Below the pieces are notes generated by a model. That model ran no database searches and was not told where the DNA came from. It saw nothing but the letters and a program-made list of their open reading frames with translations. Both the position numbers and the translations under genes were made by a program. Shown here one piece after another: positions 9,693-17,974 of a stretch of 48,201 nt of DNA. The stretch is from a virus. Positions within the stretch are counted from its first letter, which is position 1. The number at the start of each line of letters is the position of its first letter. The stretch lies in IMG/VR virus record IMGVR_UViG_2910705042_000001. One strand, written 5' to 3'.

Positions 9693-10579
9693 GGCGTGTG
9701 TCTGGCGTTGCGGGCGCGGCGCTTGTCTCACTGTGTGTTGTGGCGTGTGCGTGGTCTGAAGCGCCCAGTTCTGTGTCTGTGACGGCGAAGTCTTCTCCGA
9801 CGGTTGCGTCGAATGCCGTGATGGAGGTGGGGCTTGCCTCACCAACGCCCCGACCCAGCCCGTCGGCTACACAGACTGCCAGTCCCACTGTCTCCCCGAG
9901 TCCACAGACTGCCAGCCCCACCGCCTCCCCGACCCCCAGCGCGGAGCCGTCATATGTCTCCACACCAGCCAAGGGGGTGCTTCACACGAGCGTGCCCTCG
10001 TTGAATGTGCGTGGTGGTCCGGGGGTCGATTATGCGGCCAATGGGTCCCTGTCTGCGGGGGAAAGTGTCTCCTATGTGGCCACGAGCAACGGGTGGTATG
10101 AGCTTGAGCGTGGCGGGTGGGTCAGTGGCACGTATGTAGAGCAGGGCTCTGCCCCCGCTGCCTCATCTGACTCCGTGGCCTCTTCATCCACACCTTCGAG
10201 CAGTTCGACTCCCGTACCCACGGTGCAATCAACGCCAACCACGTCCGCACACGCGGTGTGGATACGGACCCACGGCGGACAGGCAGAGATCGACCAACGC
10301 AGCGGGGCCGTCTATATCGACGACGTCGCAGGCTGGCTCGGAAAGCCCTACATCGCCATGCACAATAGCGCCGGTGCGAGGGAATGGACGACGTGGAATG
10401 TGGGAGAAACAGTCACACTGACAGGCCTCATATCCGGGACGTACACAGTTACTGCCATGACGTGGGGCGTTCAAAGGGATGAGTCGTCAAAGCTCCTTTC
10501 CTTGCCCGGAACCATTCTCCTTCAGACGTGCCAAACCGGGGGCGGGGGAAACCTCGTTGTCTCGCTTGTTGGTAAGTGA
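9689..10579 (+). CDS. Exported SH3b-domain protein with C-terminal sortase-like domain
   Basis: Hydrophobic N-terminus, S/T/P linker, SH3 motif LNVRGGPG..Y....NGWYEL...GWVSGTYV, then YIAMHNS...LLQTC. Confidence 0.65.
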   Translation: MRRVSGVAGAALVSLCVVACAWSEAPSSVSVTAKSSPTVASNAVMEVGLASPTPRPSPSATQTASPTVSPSPQTASPTASPTPSAEPSYVSTPAKGVLHTSVPSLNVRGGPGVDYAANGSLSAGESVSYVATSNGWYELERGGWVSGTYVEQGSAPAASSDSVASSSTPSSSSTPVPTVQSTPTTSAHAVWIRTHGGQAEIDQRSGAVYIDDVAGWLGKPYIAMHNSAGAREWTTWNVGETVTLTGLISGTYTVTAMTWGVQRDESSKLLSLPGTILLQTCQTGGGGNLVVSLVGK

Positions 10580-10584
10580 GACCG

Positions 10585-10592
10585 CCGCACAC
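10585..10592 (+). promoter_or_regulatory. CCGCACAC octamer
   Basis: CCGCACAC-TACTAGGGC-ATG (10602). Confidence 0.75.
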
Positions 10593-10601
10593 TACTAGGG
10601 C

Positions 10602-11936
10602 ATGAACATGAGTGCGGGTGCCCGTGAGCGCCAAGAGCAGTTCCGTCGTCCGACCGGAGAATATGGAACCCAGCCGGGAGTAAATGCGCCGGGGGCGATC
10701 AGCCTCGTCCAAACCCCCGTCCGCTATTCCTTCATTGAAGAGCGTCAGAGGCAAGAAGACGAATATGAGGCCCGTTTTGATGGGATGCCTAAGAGGTTCT
10801 TCTCCACGGACCTTGAGACGAAGCGTTCACTTGATAACCTCGCAAAGGCAGCCTCCACCCCGCAAGATGAGACATTGGATTTTGAGACGATTTCCGAGCT
10901 GGCAGGATCGTTGGGGATCACCGGACTGACAGAGGTGAGCGACAAAACACGTGGCTTCCTCGGGAAGAATCCGGGGGAGCACGCGTGGGTGGGCAGGGTC
11001 GGTGATGCGCAGGTCATCATCTCCTCCCACAGGTCCGGCAGCGCGTTTGCTCGGTACACGTTTCGCCGAAACCCTGGCGATCCGGCTGTTGAGGGGCGCG
11101 GGTTCTACATGCTCGATGCCCGTTCATTGGCGGGGGCCGCCCGTATTCAGCACGTGACGGGCAGCGACCTCTACAGTCACTTCACCCAGATTGGGACGAG
11201 GGAAGAGAGGGTTGCTCTACTCGAAGAGCTTTCCGCCACCAAGAAGTCATTGATGCAGGCCCAGAATGAGGGCCGTAACTTCCAGCTGAACAAGAAGTAT
11301 GTCTCGGATCGCAAGTCCGAAATTGCCACGGCATTCTCGGACAAAAAGCACCCCGACACCATCCATCAGCGTCTCATGTCTCAGACACAGTTGAATGACT
11401 CGTTCGATCAGGTGGAGATCGACAATGATGTCTCCGAGGCCGATTGGAAGGAGTTCGAAGAGGCGTGGGCTGACACGAAAGACAAGCTTCCACCCATCCC
11501 TGAAGATCGCAAGCCGAAGTTGCGCATCCGCTATTTGGGTAAGCACCGGGCCGCTGGGCTATTCTCGCCTCACCACAACACGGTTGCGATCGACGTTCAC
11601 ACATCGGGATCGTTCGTTCACGAGATGGGTCATTACTACGACCACATGGTCTATTCCTCCCCGTCACTGTCGAAAGGATTCTCGTCACTAGCTCAGCGCT
11701 ATTCGGCGACGCTGGATGTGCCCGCTGACCGGACGGGCAAGTATGGGCGGGACTACTACACGACCCCAACTGAGATTCACTCCCGCCTTTTCGAGGTATA
11801 TGCGCACGAGCGGCTCGGGGTGCGTAATCGGATGTTGGACCCGTCCCGGTTCTCTCGGTTCGATTACGCCCCGATCATGAACAACCCGGGGTTGAAAGAG
11901 GACGCGTTCGCCTTCTTTGACAAGATGTTCGCCTGA
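10602..11936 (+). CDS. Tagged protein with zincin-like metallopeptidase (HEMGH) / LPD1-like C-terminus
   Basis: N-tag RQEQFRRPTGEYGTQPGVNAPGAISL; GLFSP...SFVHEMGHYYD; YYTTPTEIHSRLFEVY. Confidence 0.65.
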   Translation: MNMSAGARERQEQFRRPTGEYGTQPGVNAPGAISLVQTPVRYSFIEERQRQEDEYEARFDGMPKRFFSTDLETKRSLDNLAKAASTPQDETLDFETISELAGSLGITGLTEVSDKTRGFLGKNPGEHAWVGRVGDAQVIISSHRSGSAFARYTFRRNPGDPAVEGRGFYMLDARSLAGAARIQHVTGSDLYSHFTQIGTREERVALLEELSATKKSLMQAQNEGRNFQLNKKYVSDRKSEIATAFSDKKHPDTIHQRLMSQTQLNDSFDQVEIDNDVSEADWKEFEEAWADTKDKLPPIPEDRKPKLRIRYLGKHRAAGLFSPHHNTVAIDVHTSGSFVHEMGHYYDHMVYSSPSLSKGFSSLAQRYSATLDVPADRTGKYGRDYYTTPTEIHSRLFEVYAHERLGVRNRMLDPSRFSRFDYAPIMNNPGLKEDAFAFFDKMFA

Positions 11937-11956
11937 AATGTCTGGTTGGGGCGCTC

Positions 11957-11964
11957 CCGCACAC
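11957..11964 (+). promoter_or_regulatory. CCGCACAC octamer (leadered)
   Basis: CCGCACAC-TAGGCCAGT|GAAAGGAG; ATG 11989. Confidence 0.7.
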
Positions 11965-11988
11965 TAGGCCAGTGAAAGGAGCGCCCAT

Positions 11989-12882
11989 ATGACCGACTAT
12001 CCCAAAGCGCCCGCTAACCCTCTCGACCTCATCACTGACGAGTTTGGTTTTCAGATGTGCATGATGACACCAGAAGTTGCTGATGTGTGGCTGCGAGAGT
12101 TCAACAACCACAACCGGCCCCTCTCAGCCCCAGTGGTGAAAACACTGGCTTCCACCATTGAAAATGGCGAGTGGAAACTCACTCACCAAGGTATCGCCAT
12201 CGACAAGGACATCAACCTCATTGACGGGCAACATCGCCTCGCTGCGATTGTCTCTTCGGACACGACGATCCCGATCATGATCACGTGGGGTGTGGACCCG
12301 GATGTCTTTGATGTCATCGACACTGGACGCCGACGCTCCGGAACTGACGCCTTGGCTTTGTCCGAGTTCTCTTTCCCCAACCAGAATCTTGTTGCTTCGG
12401 TAACGAAGTTGTTGACGATCCGCAGGACCCGCACCCTTGAGAGCTTCTCAACCTCCGCAATACATCTGACCAACGCTCAGTTGCTTTCCCGACTGCGCGA
12501 GTTGAACCTTGAGGTCATGGAGGCGTCCGTGCCTATCGGGCAACGCTTCCATCTTCTCGGAGCAACGTCGGTAGGTGCCTTCACCTACGACGCACTCTGC
12601 GCTGGTGCTCCGGTTAACGTCATCTGTGATGAGTTCTTGACCCCCGTCGCAAAGCGTGTGGGGCTGCGCTCCCAGTCCGACCCCCGGTATGCGCTCTCGA
12701 GCTATATTGATCGGTCGAAGAATCGCCGCAACAACGACCGCACGCGTGCAGACGTGTACGCCACCATGTGCAAGGCGTGGAATGCGTGGGTTCGGGGCCA
12801 GGACCGCAGCATCTTTCGCGACCCGAACGCATGGGTTGACATCGTCGGACTACCCGACAGACAAACACGCTCGCACCCATGA
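11989..12882 (+). CDS. ParB/Srx-like N-terminal domain protein
   Basis: NNHNRPLS...GEWKLTHQGIAID...LIDGQHRLAAIV...IDTGRRRS. Confidence 0.7.
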   Translation: MTDYPKAPANPLDLITDEFGFQMCMMTPEVADVWLREFNNHNRPLSAPVVKTLASTIENGEWKLTHQGIAIDKDINLIDGQHRLAAIVSSDTTIPIMITWGVDPDVFDVIDTGRRRSGTDALALSEFSFPNQNLVASVTKLLTIRRTRTLESFSTSAIHLTNAQLLSRLRELNLEVMEASVPIGQRFHLLGATSVGAFTYDALCAGAPVNVICDEFLTPVAKRVGLRSQSDPRYALSSYIDRSKNRRNNDRTRADVYATMCKAWNAWVRGQDRSIFRDPNAWVDIVGLPDRQTRSHP

Positions 12883-12921
12883 CTCTCATGACTGCGAGCG
12901 TGCTGTGTGTCAGGTGGTGGC

Positions 12922-13113
12922 TTATTCGGCTGTCACGTTCCAGTGCATAGAGTTGTCGGACTCGGAGTAGGTGGACTCGTCGGTGTCGTTGGAGAATCTC
13001 GTCACTGCGTCGAAGATATCCTCATCATCCCGACTTGTTTCCTGTGGTAGATCACCTTTCACGATGACCGTGTCGTCATCCGGGTTTGTCACCTCGAACG
13101 TGTGGTTGTTCAT
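12922..13113 (-). CDS. Small acidic hypothetical protein
   Basis: 63 aa, very D/E-rich; no clear SD. Confidence 0.35.
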   Translation of the reverse strand: MNNHTFEVTNPDDDTVIVKGDLPQETSRDDEDIFDAVTRFSNDTDESTYSESDNSMHWNVTAE

Positions 13114-13203
13114 GTTCGTACGAAGGGAATACTGTCCGGGAGGCGGAGGATCGACGTGCGCTTGACGAAGTCGTGGACCTTGGATATCACCGACGGATCA
13201 TCT

Positions 13204-13497
13204 ATGTCTCCCAACGCCTGCGAGCTCATTGAGCTCATGGAGCAAGCACTGGGTGACACCGAACAGTTCTTCTGCAACAAGGTCATGAGGAACGTGCCCG
13301 GGCAGCCGGGTGCCTATGAAGGGGTGTTCGCCAACGCCTACGTGAAAGTTGACTTCTCGGGCGTCTTTGTTGTCAGTTCCATTTCGATCGAACGGGAAGG
13401 TGTCGTGGTCGACGTGGACTCATCGGGCGAACGTGAGATGCGTTTCTCAGCCTCACCGCAGCGGCCCCGCACACAACTGGGGTATGAGTATCAGTGA
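13204..13497 (+). CDS. Hypothetical protein; possible truncated CCFH-family member
   Basis: LIELMEQALGDTEQFFC...YEGVF resembles the family N-core; no CCFH tail. Confidence 0.35.
   Translation: MSPNACELIELMEQALGDTEQFFCNKVMRNVPGQPGAYEGVFANAYVKVDFSGVFVVSSISIEREGVVVDVDSSGEREMRFSASPQRPRTQLGYEYQ
13467..13474 (+). promoter_or_regulatory. CCGCACAC octamer
   Basis: CCGCACAC-AACTGGGGT-ATG (13484). Confidence 0.75.
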
Positions 13498-13966
13498 TGA
13501 CGCGGCTAGTCGCCGTGAACAGTACCGCAACCCTGTCGGACAGTTTGGTACCCAGTCGGGGGTGAATGAACCCAGCGGAGTATGCCTGTCCACACCTGAA
13601 ACGTCATACGACGACACGACAGTCGACACTGCGGCAAACAACGCCCTGCGTGCCGCGTTCTGGACGGACGCCGATGAGATCAATGAGGACGGCAAACTCT
13701 CGGCGTACGACTTCTCCGATCACGCCTGCGAACAGATGACACAGGACCTGAAAGACTTCTACGCCCAAGCCGGACCCATCATCGAACGCACCGGTATGTC
13801 TGCCGACCACGTGGGCCACAACTTCTGGTTGACCCGCAACCACCATGGGACGGGTTTCTGGGATCGAGAACTCGGTGACGATGGGGACAAGCTCACCGAC
13901 ATTGCCCAGTCCTTCGGAGAAGTCTCACTCTTTGTCGATGACGACGGGAAGTTCGACTACGAATGA
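13484..13966 (+). CDS. Tagged acidic phage/plasmid-type protein (GHNFWLTRNHHGTGFWDR)
   Basis: N-tag SRREQYRNPVGQFGTQSGVNEPSGVCL; start set by the octamer. Confidence 0.7.
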   Translation: MSISDDAASRREQYRNPVGQFGTQSGVNEPSGVCLSTPETSYDDTTVDTAANNALRAAFWTDADEINEDGKLSAYDFSDHACEQMTQDLKDFYAQAGPIIERTGMSADHVGHNFWLTRNHHGTGFWDRELGDDGDKLTDIAQSFGEVSLFVDDDGKFDYE

Positions 13967-13971
13967 GACTG

Positions 13972-13979
13972 CCGCACAC
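13972..13979 (+). promoter_or_regulatory. CCGCACAC octamer
   Basis: CCGCACAC-TACCTCGGT-ATG (13989). Confidence 0.75.
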
Positions 13980-13988
13980 TACCTCGGT

Positions 13989-14693
13989 ATGAATATCAGT
14001 GATGACGCGGCCAGCCGCCGTGAACAGTACCGCAACCCCATCGGACAGTTCGGCGCCCAGCCGGGAGTCCACTCTCTCGGACAGGTGAGCCTCAACCCGA
14101 GCCGGTTTACCGACCAGGAGCGAGAGTTCATCCAGATGGGGCGGCGGGCCAGTGCGCGTCCCTACCAGTTCTGTGACGAGCATGGCATCAGCGCCTCAGA
14201 CAAGAATCATCCCATCTTCACAGGATTCGTGGGGGACACCTGTGTCACCATTGCCGTCCACCCAGGCGACGAGAGACTGGTGATGATGGAGCGCGACGGC
14301 ATGTCTATGGAGGTGCGCCAACGCTCGGGTGAGAGTGAGCCCTACCGCATAGATTTCTCCAGTGCTGGGCACGCATACGTTCACACCATTGATGAGGACG
14401 GACGTGTCTTCGATAGCGTCTCATACTTGCGGACTGGAGAACTGTCGGCCAGATGCTCCGACCCCCAGTGGCGACAATACACAACAGCACACACCAATGG
14501 CGTCGACAATCTCGTGCCCGTCACCTTCATCCCCGGCAAAGAACCGGGAACCTATACCGATCCTTTCGGCAACGAAACACTCAGCCAAAGGGATGTTGAC
14601 GAGCGTTTCAGCCCCACCACGTGTTGTTTCCACTCCGACTTCGATGACTCGATCTTCGAGGATACCTCTGCCTTCCTGACGGAGACTCACTAA
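13989..14693 (+). CDS. Tagged CCFH-family protein
   Basis: N-tag SRREQYRNPIGQFGAQPGVHSLGQVSL; tail DERFSPTTCCFHSDFD. Confidence 0.7.
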   Translation: MNISDDAASRREQYRNPIGQFGAQPGVHSLGQVSLNPSRFTDQEREFIQMGRRASARPYQFCDEHGISASDKNHPIFTGFVGDTCVTIAVHPGDERLVMMERDGMSMEVRQRSGESEPYRIDFSSAGHAYVHTIDEDGRVFDSVSYLRTGELSARCSDPQWRQYTTAHTNGVDNLVPVTFIPGKEPGTYTDPFGNETLSQRDVDERFSPTTCCFHSDFDDSIFEDTSAFLTETH

Positions 14694-14777
14694 TGGCAGG
14701 GGCGCGCCCAATACCCAGCGAATGTGTGCCTACACAACCGAAACCTCTATGACAAAAACACGCATTTCGTCTGACAC

Positions 14778-14785
14778 CCGCACAC
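14778..14785 (+). promoter_or_regulatory. CCGCACAC octamer
   Basis: CCGCACAC-CACTAGTGA-GTG (14795). Confidence 0.7.
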
Positions 14786-14794
14786 CACTAGTGA

Positions 14795-15493
14795 GTGAGC
14801 ACCCCATACGCTGAAGAAGACCATCCACGAGACCCCCACGGGCAGTGGATGTCCACGTGCACGCGCAATAGCGCATCACGCGTGACACTCGCCGCTGCGG
14901 ACACGCATTCTCCTGACGAAGAAGTCCTGCGTGCAGCACAATCCATGTTCACCAACCCTGTGCGTTCCGTCATCGAGCATCACCTCGAACCGATCGCGGG
15001 TGTGGACCACGAATACGCCGGCGTCATTGACTCCCTCCACGTGCGTCTTCACTTATCCCCATCCATGACCATCGCCGAGGCAAAGGACCCCATCCACGGT
15101 GTCGAAGCGACCATGCGCACTCACGTCTATGAAGGGTTCTCCGTGATAGTGCGTTGGATGACCGAAGAGCGGGAAGAGAGCCACCACATACTCCCTTCCG
15201 GTGAGACATGTGATGTCCTCGAGTCCCACCAGTCAGGCCGTAATGTCCGCACACGCCAGCCGAATGGGGACGTTCGTTTCGAGTTCCTGTCAGCCGATGA
15301 GGCAACCTACATCACGGCGGATGAAGAGTATCCAAACGTCTATGTCGCCCATGACGGCTCGACATACACCCAAGGCGAAGTCGACAAAACGTTCGGCCCC
15401 GAGTGTTGCTTCCATACAGATTTTGACCCCAAGGCCTTTTCTACGCCCGCCGTGTTTCATGTGTCAGGTTTTCCGCACACAAGGGAGATATGA
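14795..15493 (+). CDS. Tagged CCFH-family protein
   Basis: N-tag YAEEDHPRDPHGQW...VTL; tail DKTFGPECCFHTDFD. Confidence 0.7.
   Translation: MSTPYAEEDHPRDPHGQWMSTCTRNSASRVTLAAADTHSPDEEVLRAAQSMFTNPVRSVIEHHLEPIAGVDHEYAGVIDSLHVRLHLSPSMTIAEAKDPIHGVEATMRTHVYEGFSVIVRWMTEEREESHHILPSGETCDVLESHQSGRNVRTRQPNGDVRFEFLSADEATYITADEEYPNVYVAHDGSTYTQGEVDKTFGPECCFHTDFDPKAFSTPAVFHVSGFPHTREI
15473..15480 (+). promoter_or_regulatory. CCGCACAC octamer
   Basis: CCGCACAC-AAGGGAGAT-ATG (15490). Confidence 0.7.
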
Positions 15494-16182
15494 GCATGTC
15501 GACCTTGAATACCACGCGGCCCCACAGATGGTGGGTTATCGCGCTTTCATGCGTTGTCATTCTCGCCATGGTGGGCGGCGTCTTCCTCATCTGTGAAGGA
15601 TTGAAGAAGACCCCAGTGGAATCCATGCCACTTCCCACCCAGACATACTCAGTATCCCCTGAAGAAGCGATCGAATCCGCGCAGGCACAAGTCGGCGGTG
15701 ACACAGATTTCAGCGTCGACGACATGACTGGCCCCTCCATCTGGATACCGGCCCTCGACGCATATGCGCCAATCGTTGCCCAAACGGCATTCGAAGATTC
15801 CAAGTACAGCGGATTTCAAACACTTGTCATTCCTTCGAACCCACAGACAGCCGCATGGTATGCGGACGGTGGGCCTTTAGCTGGTGGGACTGACGGGACA
15901 ACACTCGTTGCTGCCCATGTCGCCACCGCCGCGAACAGAGGGGTCTTTTGGGGCATTGAGAACGTGTCTGCTGGCTCAGTCATATGGACAAAAGACGAAG
16001 AGGGAACCCTTCAAGAATGGGCCGTCACCCACATGTGGGTCGCCGAACACCAAGCATTCCCGCAAGAGTACTTCGCCTCCACCGGAGAGCGGCGCTTAGT
16101 TGTGACGACATGTGGGGGGAGCGTGAACGACCAGGGCTATTACGAACAGAACATCTTTCTGATTGCAACACCAGTTCTATGA
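15490..16182 (+). CDS. Class F sortase
   Basis: N-terminal TM; IWIPALDA; AWY..GP....GTTLVAAHV; RLVVTTCGG...Y..N. Confidence 0.85.
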   Translation: MSMSTLNTTRPHRWWVIALSCVVILAMVGGVFLICEGLKKTPVESMPLPTQTYSVSPEEAIESAQAQVGGDTDFSVDDMTGPSIWIPALDAYAPIVAQTAFEDSKYSGFQTLVIPSNPQTAAWYADGGPLAGGTDGTTLVAAHVATAANRGVFWGIENVSAGSVIWTKDEEGTLQEWAVTHMWVAEHQAFPQEYFASTGERRLVVTTCGGSVNDQGYYEQNIFLIATPVL

Positions 16183-16216
16183 CCACACGCCCATGTCCTA
16201 CTTTCAAGGAGTATTT

Positions 16217-17926
16217 GTGAACACGGCACTCACATCCCGACACGGGAAACTGTTACACGTCATGGGGTCCCTGACCCTCGTCGCCGCACTGGCCATGGGT
16301 AACATACCCGCTGCACAAGCCGCCAGCTACGACTCAGATGCAACGATCGACCAGATCGTCATGTTCTCTGACTACGACAACCTCACAGCAAACTACCCGT
16401 CGGCCATCAAGCAGAACCAGTCCATCGCTGTTTCCATCAACAACGCGAACTACAACACCTCGCGCGCAAAGACAGCTGTCTCGGATGCGTCGATCAAGTT
16501 GTCGAACGTCTCTCCGGCTCTTGGGACAAAACTGGGCGCGTATTTCAACGAACTTCTGTCCGCAGGAAAACTCCCCAAGACAAAGGCCATGCTCGAAGGG
16601 GAGACCCCCGGTATGGAAGTTGATGATGCGTCGTCCAAGACCGCAAAAACGCACTTCAATGTGGCGCGCCCCTTCACATCAAATATCGGCATCAAGAAGG
16701 TATCCTCCTCCTCGGTCTACAGCGTCGGAGCTCTCAGCTTCCCATCTGGACACGCACGGACCTTCCAAGTAGAGGCTCTCGGGCTGGCAACGCTGCTCCC
16801 TGAGCTTGCACCACAACTGTTGGCTCGCGGTGCCGAAGGTGGGGAGTCCCGGGTCGTCCTTGGCGTGCACTACCCACTCGACGTCATCGCCGGGAAAGCA
16901 ATGGGCACCCGTATGGTCGCTCAGCGCTGGGCCGATAAGGACTACCGCACGAACGTCATCCTCCCCGCACAAAAGGAACTCCGGGCAGCACTCGAGTCCA
17001 AGTGTGGCATGAGTATCGCCAAGTGCGTTGCCTCCGATACTGCATGGAAGAGCGACGAGGCTTCCGTGACACAGGCAACCTCGCTCATGACCTTTGGCTT
17101 CACCAAGACAGGGAAGAGCGGTGTTGCTCTTGAGGTTCCTGAAGGCGCTGAAGATCTTCTCCTGACCACATTCCCGAACCTGACAGACGAACAGCGTCGC
17201 CAAGTTCTCGCGCTCACTGCCACCGATTCGGGTTACCCCCTCGACCTATCAGGGGCCACGAAAGTCTCTTCGAAAGTCACCTCTGAAGACATTGGTTGGA
17301 CCCGTCTAAACCTGGCGACAGCTATGACCTCCACCCCAATCGTTCAGTCTGACGGCTCCATCAAGCTGTCGACCGGATCCTCCACAACAGAATCATCGAC
17401 CCCCTCCGCGACACCGAGTGCATCAACAAGCCCATCTGCATCGGCCACCGCGACCTCTACCCCAACCCCAACAACCACCACGGCAGTGCCACCACTGACT
17501 GCTCGATACCGTTCCCACGTTGCCAGCCTTGGATGGCTCGGATACGTGGAGAGCACCACCAAATCAGGAGACGGAAAGCATCAAATCGAAGCTATCCGAA
17601 TCAAACTCGACGGCGTGCAGGTACGCGCCCACGTGCAAAAGAAGGGCTGGACATCTTGGGTCGGTTCAGGCGAAACGGCCGGAACAACAGGGAAAGCCCT
17701 TCGCGCCGAAGCCATCAGCATCAAGCTGACCGGTACGAATGCGTCCAAGTACGACATCTACTACCGCGTGGAGGTTGACGGACTCGGATGGCTCGGATGG
17801 GCCAAAAACGGCGCGAACGCTGGCACCACCGGCTACGCGAAAAAGATGCTCAACTACCAAGTTGTCGTTGTTGCAAAGGGTAGCGCTGCTCCCGGATCAA
17901 CAAGCGGGGCTGTCAAGTCCAAGTAG
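16217..17926 (+). CDS. Secreted PAP2-family acid phosphatase with C-terminal ChW (clostridial hydrophobic W)-like repeats
   Basis: Signal peptide; KTHFNVARP, SFPSGH, SRVVLGVHYPLD; YRSHVASLGW / AHVQKKGW / GTTGKALRAEAI repeats; SD AAGGAG before GTG 16217. Confidence 0.85.
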   Translation: MNTALTSRHGKLLHVMGSLTLVAALAMGNIPAAQAASYDSDATIDQIVMFSDYDNLTANYPSAIKQNQSIAVSINNANYNTSRAKTAVSDASIKLSNVSPALGTKLGAYFNELLSAGKLPKTKAMLEGETPGMEVDDASSKTAKTHFNVARPFTSNIGIKKVSSSSVYSVGALSFPSGHARTFQVEALGLATLLPELAPQLLARGAEGGESRVVLGVHYPLDVIAGKAMGTRMVAQRWADKDYRTNVILPAQKELRAALESKCGMSIAKCVASDTAWKSDEASVTQATSLMTFGFTKTGKSGVALEVPEGAEDLLLTTFPNLTDEQRRQVLALTATDSGYPLDLSGATKVSSKVTSEDIGWTRLNLATAMTSTPIVQSDGSIKLSTGSSTTESSTPSATPSASTSPSASATATSTPTPTTTTAVPPLTARYRSHVASLGWLGYVESTTKSGDGKHQIEAIRIKLDGVQVRAHVQKKGWTSWVGSGETAGTTGKALRAEAISIKLTGTNASKYDIYYRVEVDGLGWLGWAKNGANAGTTGYAKKMLNYQVVVVAKGSAAPGSTSGAVKSK

Positions 17927-17974
17927 GTCTGCGCGGACTCTTTACGCGCACACACCAAAAAGAAAGGAAACCAG

